Numbered from the stretch's first letter, positions 1 to 4,979 are shown. The stretch: DNA of 5,206 nucleotides from Candidatus Electronema aureum (GCA_004284765.1 NQJD01000071.1:1-5206), one strand, 5' to 3'. A program made the numbers and translations. The notes: a model not told the origin generated them from the sequence alone.

Positions 1-91
1 TCAACAATGCTGAAAGACCGGTCGCCGTCGTTTGACCGAAGGAACTAATGAGATACTCGCTGTATAAATCAAGCAGGTTCTTTTTTGTCAT
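1..91 (-). CDS. DDE transposase, first 30 codons only (IS701/IS4-superfamily-like); gene continues beyond the left window edge
   Basis: The reverse complement of 1-91 starts with ATG (91..89) and reads MTKKNLLDLYSEYLISSFGQTTATGLSALL with no stop before the edge. I recognise the LLDLY..YL.SSFGQ.TATGLS N-terminus from IS701/IS4-type DDE transposases. It is cut by the edge, so it is absent from the ORF track. The family call rests on remembered motif similarity only. Confidence 0.5.
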   Translation of the reverse strand, partial: MTKKNLLDLYSEYLISSFGQTTATGLSALL

Positions 92-99
92 GCAGGTAT

Positions 100-122
100 C
101 TTACGCCATCTGGGTGCGTAAG
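100..122 (-). other. stem-loop 8 nt upstream of the transposase ATG (possible 5'-UTR / translational control structure)
   Basis: CTTACGC (100-106) and GCGTAAG (116-122) are perfect reverse complements around a 9-nt loop. The stem can be extended by a T99-G123 wobble and an A98-T124 pair. No Shine-Dalgarno is visible between it and ATG 91. Confidence 0.3.
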
Positions 123-134
123 GTGAGTAGTTAA

Positions 135-172
135 GTAGGGTGCATGCGGAAACGTAGGGTGCATGCGGAAAC
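135..172. repeat. perfect 19-bp tandem duplication, GTAGGGTGCATGCGGAAAC x2
   Basis: 135-153 and 154-172 are identical and lie head-to-tail with no spacer. Related copies follow: an inverted, shortened copy at 172-183 (CCGCATCCTACT, reverse complement AGTAGG-ATGCGG) and another GTAGG core at 198-202. Confidence 0.95.
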
Positions 173-236
173 CGCATCCTACTCGCTGACGACAGTAGTA
201 GGTCGGAGAGAGAAGCGATCCCTAACATCCCCGTTT

Positions 237-258
237 CCGGCAACTGTGTTGTTGCCGG
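237..258 (-). other. GC-rich stem-loop about 20 nt downstream of the DUF2442 stop codon (weak terminator candidate)
   Basis: CCGGCAAC (237-244) and GTTGCCGG (251-258) form a perfect 8-bp stem with a 6-nt loop. On the minus-strand transcript the stem is followed by AAACGGGG rather than a U tract, so the terminator call is weak. Confidence 0.3.
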
Positions 259-279
259 GTTCACCCTGACTTGGCCGCT

Positions 280-546
280 TTATGCGAGGGCATGATAACT
301 TGTTATATCTTTTTGCACCATCAGCAATCCTGGAACGCTGATGTCCTCATCAAGCTCATCCGAATGAATCCCAACTCCTCCTCCGCTTAATTCGTACTCA
401 GTCCGCTGTTGCGGTGTCGCCTTGAGCAAGCGGGAAAAATACGCTAACGGCACAAACAGCTGCCGCCCGTCATATAACGACACACATAAGTTTTCATTGT
501 CGCACCAGACTCTTGAAGCCTTAGCTTCGATGCTCAAAGAAGTCAT
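280..546 (-). CDS. DUF2442-family small protein (88 aa), second gene of a DUF4160/DUF2442 cassette
   Basis: This is the C-terminal 88 aa of track ORF 280..762: MTSLSIEAKASRVWCDNENLCVSLYDGRQLFVPLAYFSRLLKATPQQRTEYELSGGGVGIHSDELDEDISVPGLLMV... It matches the DUF2442 pattern I know (L.DGR...VPL..[YF].RL..AT..Q....L.G.G.GIHW..LDEDISV.GLL). The internal ATG at 546..544 has a perfect AGGAGG (559..554) 7 nt upstream. Confidence 0.8.
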   Translation of the reverse strand: MTSLSIEAKASRVWCDNENLCVSLYDGRQLFVPLAYFSRLLKATPQQRTEYELSGGGVGIHSDELDEDISVPGLLMVQKDITSYHALA

Positions 547-762
547 TCCATTTCCTCCTAATCGTCTCCTGCTGATCATGAATGATTGCAGCAAGGTCAT
601 TAAGTGCTTTCCCTGAAAAGCCATACGACGATGCCAAGGTGTCATAGTGTTGCAAGAAACGTTGCCAGGGGCAGGCATCAGCACTGCGGAAAGTTCCATG
701 CATTTCTCCTGTTCATCAGTAACGTAGCTTTGGGAGAGCGAAGCTGTCCCAAACAACTGCAT
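521..762 (-). pseudogene. DUF4160-family gene, apparently frame-disrupted near 700-706
   Basis: Frame 521..703 gives ...WQRFLQHYDTLASSYGFSGKALNDLAAIIHDQQETIRRKWNDFFEHRS. This fits the DUF4160 C-terminal half (AKFWL.P..LA...GFS.KEL..L..LV.E.Q..L...W..YF). That frame is closed just upstream by TGA TGA (713-718). The expected N-terminal part (..G......Y...E..E..H) is best matched in the other frame from ATG 762 (MQLFGTASLSQSYVTDEQEK). The conserved PPH.H histidines are only partly recognisable. Confidence 0.55.
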
Positions 763-767
763 CAGCC

Positions 768-796
768 AGCATACGCACCGGAACTGCCCATGTCAA
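768..796 (-). promoter_or_regulatory. candidate sigma70-type promoter for the DUF4160/DUF2442 cassette
   Basis: On the minus strand: TTGACA (796..791), a 17-nt spacer, then TATGCT (773..768). Only 5 nt separate the -10 hexamer from ATG 762, so the predicted transcript start falls at or next to the start codon, giving a leaderless-type arrangement. Confidence 0.4.
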
Positions 797-920
797 CAGG
801 GAAATATTTGTGGAGGAGGCGGCAATCCAGGCACTTGACCTAGCACCTGCGGCCAGCTTCAAGCTCTCGCAGAACACGTGCGCCTTCAGGCACAAATGTT
901 TCCACTGGCGGAAAAACTGC

Positions 921-949
921 TTGACAGTAGTCCGGCGAAACAATAAAGT
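921..949 (+). promoter_or_regulatory. candidate sigma70-type promoter, possibly driving rho through a ~300-nt leader
   Basis: TTGACA (921-926), a 17-nt spacer (927-943), then TAAAGT (944-949, 4/6 match to TATAAT). This is the best + strand promoter-like site between 763 and the rho ATG at 1260. Confidence 0.3.
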
Positions 950-1259
950 TGCTCTAGCAATTCTCGCTGTTCTATTTTTCATTTTTCCGTGCCTAACAGA
1001 AGAAAGTGTCCTGTCAGGTTGTCGCGGTGCTTGTTGCCATTGCTTTATTTTCGCCTCACTGACTGAACAACTTCGTTGACAATCCACAGCTTGGTCTGTC
1101 TGCATCGAGACAGCCTCGTCCTTGAACCGTCTTCCTGACGATTTTTTGTATATTCCTTGCCGTTCTGCCAATCACCCAGACTGTCTGCCCCGGCAATGAT
1201 GCCGGAAGATTTCGCTGTTTTCCATTGCCAACCGTCCCCTGAGGAGGAAGGAACTGCTG

Positions 1260-2510
1260 ATGATCAATCCCAATGAGTTGAAGAACAAGAAAATCAAAGA
1301 GCTGGTCGCTCTAGCCGCCGAGCTGAAGATCGAAGGCTATAGCTCTATGCGCAAGCAAGATTTGATTTTCGCCATCCTCAAATCGCAGTCCGACGAAGAC
1401 GGCAAGCTGCGCGGCAGCGGAGTGCTTGAGGTGCTCCAGGACGGGTTCGGCTTTCTCAGAGCACCGGACTACAACTACCTGCCTGGCCCGGATGACATCT
1501 ACGTTTCTCCTTCGCAAATCCGGCGGCTTAACCTGAACACCGGTGACACCATTGAGGGTGAAGTCAGAGCGCCCAAGGAAAATGAGCGCTACTTCGCTCT
1601 GCTCAAGGTCGATAGCGTCAACTACGAGCCACCAGAGAAAGCGAACGACAAGACCTTATTCGTCAACCTGACTCCGCTCCATCCCAACGAACAGATCAAT
1701 CTGGAGTCGGATACGGATAACTACTCCACCCGGATTATGAACATCGTCTCGCCGCTCGGCAAGGGACAACGCGGCCTGATTGTGGCCCCGCCTCGCACCG
1801 GCAAAACGGTGTTGATGCAGCAGATTGCCCGCGCCATCGTCAAGAATCACCCTGAAATCATCCTGATCGTTCTGCTGATTGACGAGCGGCCTGAGGAAGT
1901 CACAGATATGCAGCGAGGCGTGGATGCCGAGGTGGTTAGCTCCACCTTTGACGAGCCGCCGCAGCGTCATATTCAGGTGGCAGAGATGGTGATTGAAAAG
2001 GCCCGCCGTCTGGTTGAACACCGCAAAGACGTAGTGATTCTCCTTGACTCCCTCACCCGCCTCGCCCGCGCTTATAACACCGTGACCCCTGCCTCCGGGA
2101 AGATTCTCTCCGGTGGTGTGGAAGCCAACGCTCTGCAACGGCCTAAACGCTTCTTCGGCTCGGCCCGTAACATCGAGGAAGGCGGCAGCTTGACCATCCT
2201 TGCTACAGCCTTGGTTGAAACCGGCAGCCGCATGGACGAGGTGATCTTTGAAGAGTTCAAAGGCACCGGTAACATGGAGATTGCCCTTGATCGCAAACTC
2301 TCTGATCGGCGCATCTACCCATCGATTAATATTCAGAAATCAGGAACCCGTAAGGAAGACCTGCTTCTCTCACCAGACGACCTGAACCGAATGTGGATTC
2401 TTCGTAAGATACTGTCCTCGATGAACCCTGCTGACGCGATGGAATTCCTCTTGGAAAAGATCAAACACACCAAGACCAACGCTGAATTCTTCAACTCGAT
2501 GAACAGCTGA
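1260..2510 (+). CDS. rho: transcription termination factor Rho
   Basis: The 416-aa ORF is collinear with E. coli Rho (419 aa) from end to end. Motifs present: N-terminal [14 protein letters not shown]...[15 protein letters not shown]-binding GFGFLR, Walker [62 protein letters not shown], and C-terminal KTNAEFF. A purine-rich GAGGAGGAAGGA (1241-1252) lies upstream of ATG 1260. Confidence 0.98.
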   Translation: MINPNELKNKKIKELVALAAELKIEGYSSMRKQDLIFAILKSQSDEDGKLRGSGVLEVLQDGFGFLRAPDYNYLPGPDDIYVSPSQIRRLNLNTGDTIEGEVRAPKENERYFALLKVDSVNYEPPEKANDKTLFVNLTPLHPNEQINLESDTDNYSTRIMNIVSPLGKGQRGLIVAPPRTGKTVLMQQIARAIVKNHPEIILIVLLIDERPEEVTDMQRGVDAEVVSSTFDEPPQRHIQVAEMVIEKARRLVEHRKDVVILLDSLTRLARAYNTVTPASGKILSGGVEANALQRPKRFFGSARNIEEGGSLTILATALVETGSRMDEVIFEEFKGTGNMEIALDRKLSDRRIYPSINIQKSGTRKEDLLLSPDDLNRMWILRKILSSMNPADAMEFLLEKIKHTKTNAEFFNSMNS

Positions 2511-2543
2511 TTGGCAATCTTCTGTCCACGCCGTTCTTTTACT

Positions 2544-2572
2544 TTGGCAAACCGTGGCAGGACGGGTATAAT
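2544..2572 (+). promoter_or_regulatory. sigma70-type promoter for rpmE (and probably prfA)
   Basis: TTGGCA (2544-2549), an exactly 17-nt spacer (2550-2566), then a consensus TATAAT (2567-2572). It sits 34 nt after the rho stop and 72 nt before the rpmE ATG. Confidence 0.6.
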
Positions 2573-2644
2573 AACGCTCTTTTATCAACTGACAAAAACT
2601 TTGCCCACCGCTTTGCGCGGTGCTTCTGGGAGGCTCAGAAAACC

Positions 2645-2863
2645 ATGAAACCGGACATCCATCCAGCATATCACAAGATCAACGCCAAATGCGCTTGCGG
2701 TAATGAAGTTGCGCTCGGCTCCATCAAAGAAGCAATCCATGTGGAGATTTGCGCGGCGTGTCATCCGTTCTTCACCGGCAAGCAGAAGCTGGTTGATACT
2801 GCGGGTCGAATTGAGAAATTCAAGAAGAAGTATGCCAAGCATTTCGATCAAAAGCAGGCGTAA
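2645..2863 (+). CDS. rpmE: 50S ribosomal protein L31, Zn-binding type A
   Basis: 72 aa, [21 protein letters not shown]...[30 protein letters not shown]. It carries the L31 signature HPFFTGKQ and both cysteine pairs (CxC and CxxC). GGGAGG at 2628-2633 lies 11 nt before the ATG. Confidence 0.95.
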   Translation: MKPDIHPAYHKINAKCACGNEVALGSIKEAIHVEICAACHPFFTGKQKLVDTAGRIEKFKKKYAKHFDQKQA

Positions 2864-2873
2864 ACACCCTGTT

Positions 2874-2912
2874 CTGCATGACTGATCCTGCATCGGTCAT
2901 GCAGCAATTTTC
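2874..2912 (+). terminator. stem-loop plus short U tract after rpmE (intrinsic terminator or attenuator candidate)
   Basis: CTGCATGACTGAT (2874-2886) pairs with ATCGGTCATGCAG (2892-2904). That gives 13 bp, including one U-G wobble (2883/2895), with a 5-nt loop CCTGC. The stem is followed by CAATTTTC (2905-2912). The U tract is short and offset by 3 nt. Confidence 0.5.
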
Positions 2913-2956
2913 TGCTCCTGCTTTCCTCTTTTTATTCCCTTTGCTCCGCAGAATCC

Positions 2957-4027
2957 ATGTTTGCCAACCTTGCTGACATTCACGAAAAGCTGTCTGCGTT
3001 AGAACGACAGCTTTATGAACCTGATCTGGTTCATAATCAGAAAAAATATCAGGAGGTGGTGCGCGATCATGCGCGGGTAGCACGACTCTGCACCCTGCAC
3101 GGGGAGCATGATAAGGTAGTGCAAGATTTGGCAGAAAGCCGCGACCTGCTCCGTAATGCTGATCAAGATCCAGAGCTGGCCGAGCTGGCTCGTGCTGAAA
3201 TTGACGAATTGACTGAGCGGCAGACAGGGTTAGAACGTGATATCCGCCTGATGCTTCTCCCCTCTGATCCGAATGATAAGAAGAATACCTTTCTTGAAAT
3301 TCGAGCAGGTACAGGTGGTGACGAGGCTGCGCTCTTTGTAGCAGATATCTTCCGCATGTATTCCCGCTACGCAGAGACCCTTGGTTGGAAGACCGAGATC
3401 ATGAGTTCCAGTCCCTGTGGAGTTGGTGGGTTCAAGGATATCGTTGCTTTGATTTCTGGCCATCAAGTTTATTCTCGTCTCAAGTATGAGTCCGGGACAC
3501 ACCGGGTGCAACGGGTACCGGAGACTGAGACGCAAGGACGCATTCACACCTCGGCGGTCACTGTAGCTATCCTACCGGAAGCTGAGGAAGTAGAGCTACA
3601 GATCGCACCGCACGAGCTGAAGTTTGATGTCTTTCGTTCCTCTGGGGCAGGTGGGCAATCGGTCAACACCACGGACTCTGCTGTCCGGGTTACGCATCTG
3701 CCTACAGGTTTGGTGGTCTCCTGCCAAGATGAACGCTCGCAGCACAAGAATAAGGCCAAGGCACTCCAAGTATTACGCGCCCGACTGCTCGACCAAATGG
3801 AGCAGGAGCGTCACGACAAGATATCCGCTGACCGCAAAGGACAGGTCGGCAGCGGCGACCGCAGTGAGCGCATCCGCACGTACAATTTCCCCCAAGGGCG
3901 AGTAACTGATCACCGTATCGGTCTGACTGTCTATAAGATCGATCAGATCATGTCTGGTGCATTAGACGAGATCATCCTGCCGATTATCACCTCTTTCCAA
4001 ACCGAGGCTCTGAAGGAGCTGGATTAA
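2957..4027 (+). CDS. prfA: peptide chain release factor 1
   Basis: 356 aa. The RF1-type PxT tripeptide is P-E-T (3518-3526) within [21 protein letters not shown] (3650-3658) lies within [23 protein letters not shown]. Also present are [10 protein letters not shown] and [17 protein letters not shown]. No Shine-Dalgarno is visible, and the 50 nt upstream are pyrimidine-rich. Confidence 0.97.
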   Translation: MFANLADIHEKLSALERQLYEPDLVHNQKKYQEVVRDHARVARLCTLHGEHDKVVQDLAESRDLLRNADQDPELAELARAEIDELTERQTGLERDIRLMLLPSDPNDKKNTFLEIRAGTGGDEAALFVADIFRMYSRYAETLGWKTEIMSSSPCGVGGFKDIVALISGHQVYSRLKYESGTHRVQRVPETETQGRIHTSAVTVAILPEAEEVELQIAPHELKFDVFRSSGAGGQSVNTTDSAVRVTHLPTGLVVSCQDERSQHKNKAKALQVLRARLLDQMEQERHDKISADRKGQVGSGDRSERIRTYNFPQGRVTDHRIGLTVYKIDQIMSGALDEIILPIITSFQTEALKELD

Positions 4028-4070
4028 GGATAGATGCGCTGTTGACAGAACAGCCATCAGCCTGAGAAGA

Positions 4071-4119
4071 GGATTCCCATCCTATGCAGCAAATAGGATG
4101 GGAATCCCTTCTATTCTTC
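4071..4119 (+). terminator. 15-bp perfect stem-loop with pyrimidine/U-rich tail after prfA (intrinsic terminator candidate, possibly bidirectional)
   Basis: GGATTCCCATCCTAT (4071-4085) and ATAGGATGGGAATCC (4093-4107) are perfect reverse complements around the 7-nt loop GCAGCAA. The stem is followed by CTTCTATTCTTC. It starts 43 nt after the prfA stop. On the other strand it lies 10 nt after the stop of the convergent transposase fragment and is followed there by TCTTCTC. Confidence 0.6.
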
Positions 4120-4546
4120 ATCGGTAATCATACCTTCCCAGCACAACGAGCATCCGTTTGCTGCTGCGCCGGGCGTTTGCGGTCATGATCGGCATGGAGT
4201 CGATCAGGTAGACATATCCTGCGTCAGGCAGCGGAGCGAAATCATTCTGAATGAGAGAAAGCAGTCCGGCAAAAACTTGAGGGAGACGGTTCAGCCGCTG
4301 AATATAGGTTGCATATGCCCGAAGTTTTGGAAACCATTCCTTCAGATGATTCCGAACGTATTCATAACTAGGCTTCACTTTCCTGTGACCATTCATAATC
4401 CCCCACAAATAAACGGTCAGAACCTCGGCATCGCTGAATTCTGGATTGGAATTGTTGCTCATCTGTTCTGCGCAAATAAACAGGCCGGATGCGCGATGCT
4501 TGTCCATGTAATAGAAAAGTGTTATAAGACGTTCTTGCCAATCCAT
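4118..4546 (-). pseudogene. IS982-family-like transposase, N-terminal fragment (142 codons; C-terminal catalytic part missing)
   Basis: Two segments follow the IS982-type layout I know (..LS.SE[VI][ML]T[IV]...FH.SGY..FK.FY...L...FP.L.SY.RF..L... then [FI]IDS.P[LI].VC.N.R....K): FSDAEVLTVYLWGIMNGHRKVKPSYEYVRNHLKEWFPKLRAYATYIQRLNRL, then YLIDSMPIMTANARRSSK. Only the first catalytic Asp (IDS) is present. Similarity ends around 4157 and the ORF stops at 4118, whereas full-length members are roughly twice as long. AGGAGG lies 5 nt before ATG 4546. Confidence 0.65.
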
Positions 4547-4652
4547 TTATTCCTCCTGCGGTCAAGTCGGCAAAGATGGTGCTTTACCGGCGTATCATAC
4601 AGGAATAATGGATTGGTTTTAACTCCTAATTCGCATTAAAAAGGAGGATATT

Positions 4653-4925
4653 ATGCCTACTCGCGAGGACGTAAAAACGAAAGTAATACAACTACTTTCT
4701 ATTGTTTCAAGTATGGACATTGGTAAGATCAAGGAAGAATCTCATCTCAAGAGTGATCTTTTGCTTGCATCAGCTATGATTAAAGCCTTAGCTGGCCCTT
4801 ACACAGCAATCTCAAAAGGGTTTGGAGGATCAATGATCACGATCACCGAAGCTGGTAAAGTAGATACTGTCAAGTCCGTCATTGATCTTATATGGGGGAA
4901 AATACCTCCATCAAACAAACAATAG
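4653..4925 (+). CDS. orphan 90-aa protein with acyl/peptidyl-carrier-protein-like sequence pattern
   Basis: A strong RBS, AAGGAGG (4641-4647), lies 5 nt before the ATG. The sequence follows the ACP layout. Helix I-like: REDVKTKVIQLLSIV. Helix II-like: LKSDLLLASAMIKALAGPY, with Ser40 (4770-4772) where ACP has the DSL serine. C-terminal helix-like: ITEAGKVDTVKSVIDLI, compared with EEAEKITTVQAAIDYI in E. coli ACP. The residue before the Ser is Ala, not Asp. The fold and function call is pattern-based only. Confidence 0.55.
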   Translation: MPTREDVKTKVIQLLSIVSSMDIGKIKEESHLKSDLLLASAMIKALAGPYTAISKGFGGSMITITEAGKVDTVKSVIDLIWGKIPPSNKQ

Positions 4926-4979
4926 GGTGAGTGCTATGATTAAAACATTCAAGATGATCAGCATATAGTATTTCATTTT

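Noticed and set aside
135-172. The 19-bp direct repeats as a possible CRISPR array
   Set aside because: There are only two copies, they abut with no spacer, they are shorter than typical CRISPR repeats, and no cas genes are nearby. This is a tandem duplication, not an array.
255-275. GGGTTCACCC resembling a tRNA T-arm/T-loop
   Set aside because: There is no complementary 5-bp stem partner, no acceptor or anticodon arms in either orientation, and no cloverleaf can be drawn.
695-720. Programmed -1 ribosomal frameshift joining the two DUF4160 frames at GAG AAA TGC
   Set aside because: There is no canonical slippery heptamer (X XXY YYZ) and no obvious downstream stimulatory structure. The family histidine motif is also degraded. 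A simple indel (pseudogene) or an assembly error is more likely.
422-843. Plus-strand ORFs 422..616 (64 aa) and 604..843 (79 aa)
   Set aside because: They are antisense to the recognisable DUF2442/DUF4160 coding sequence, have odd composition, and lack RBS or family resemblance. They are shadow ORFs.
1076-1154. Other promoter-like hexamers upstream of rho (TTGACA at 1076-1081; TATATT at 1149-1154)
   Set aside because: TTGACA 1076 has no acceptable -10 at 16-18 nt (TCTGCA). TATATT 1149 has its nearest -35-like hexamer (TTGAAC 1122) 21 nt away. Neither forms a properly spaced pair.
237-1205. Two hairpins sharing a CCGGCA...TGCCGG core (237-258 and 1190-1205) as members of a REP-like dispersed repeat family
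   Set aside because: There are only two instances, the flanks and loops differ, and the shared core is just 6 nt. This is within chance expectation for GC-rich palindromes.
1311-2314. Minus-strand ORFs 1311..1517, 1656..2138 and 2072..2314
   Set aside because: They lie entirely inside and antisense to rho, whose identity is certain. Their products are low-complexity and Arg/Gly/His-rich, typical of antisense shadows.
2511-2560. Repeated TTGGCAA (2511 and 2544) and TGGCA-N5-TGGCA as a possible sigma54 (-24/-12) promoter
   Set aside because: The -12 TTGC element is absent at the required spacing. The second TTGGCA is better explained as the -35 of a TTGGCA-17-TATAAT sigma70 promoter.
2370-2893. 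Minus-strand ORFs 2370..2669 and 2585..2893, and the plus-strand alternative frame 2703..2885
   Set aside because: They overlap the rho 3' end, the rpmE promoter and rpmE itself. They show no motifs, and their location is already explained by well-supported genes.
3518-3526. RF1 recognition tripeptide reads P-E-T rather than the P-A-T or P-V-T of textbook examples
   Set aside because: The middle residue of PxT is the variable position. The surrounding RVP.TE.QGRIHTS context and the GGQ motif are canonical, and there is no evidence of altered stop-codon specificity.
2820-3905. ORFs 2820..3083(-), 3163..3357(-), 3230..3547(-), 3544..3759(-) and 3624..3905(+)
   Set aside because: All are antisense or out-of-frame overlaps of prfA. 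Their Ser/Arg/Pro-rich, low-complexity translations are shadows.
4039-4053. Small hairpin CTGTT/AACAG just after the prfA stop
   Set aside because: It has only 5 bp and no U tract. The 15-bp hairpin 20 nt downstream is the credible terminator.
4277-4639. ORFs 4277..4639(+) and 4368..4565(-)
   Set aside because: They overlap the IS982-like transposase frame, which has clear family resemblance and a perfect RBS. These alternatives have neither.
4936-4968. 10-codon micro-ORF (MIKTFKMISI) between the carrier-like gene and the IS630 fragment
   Set aside because: It is too short, has only a weak GGTGAG upstream, and lies where the IS630 terminal inverted repeat is expected. There is no basis to call it a gene.
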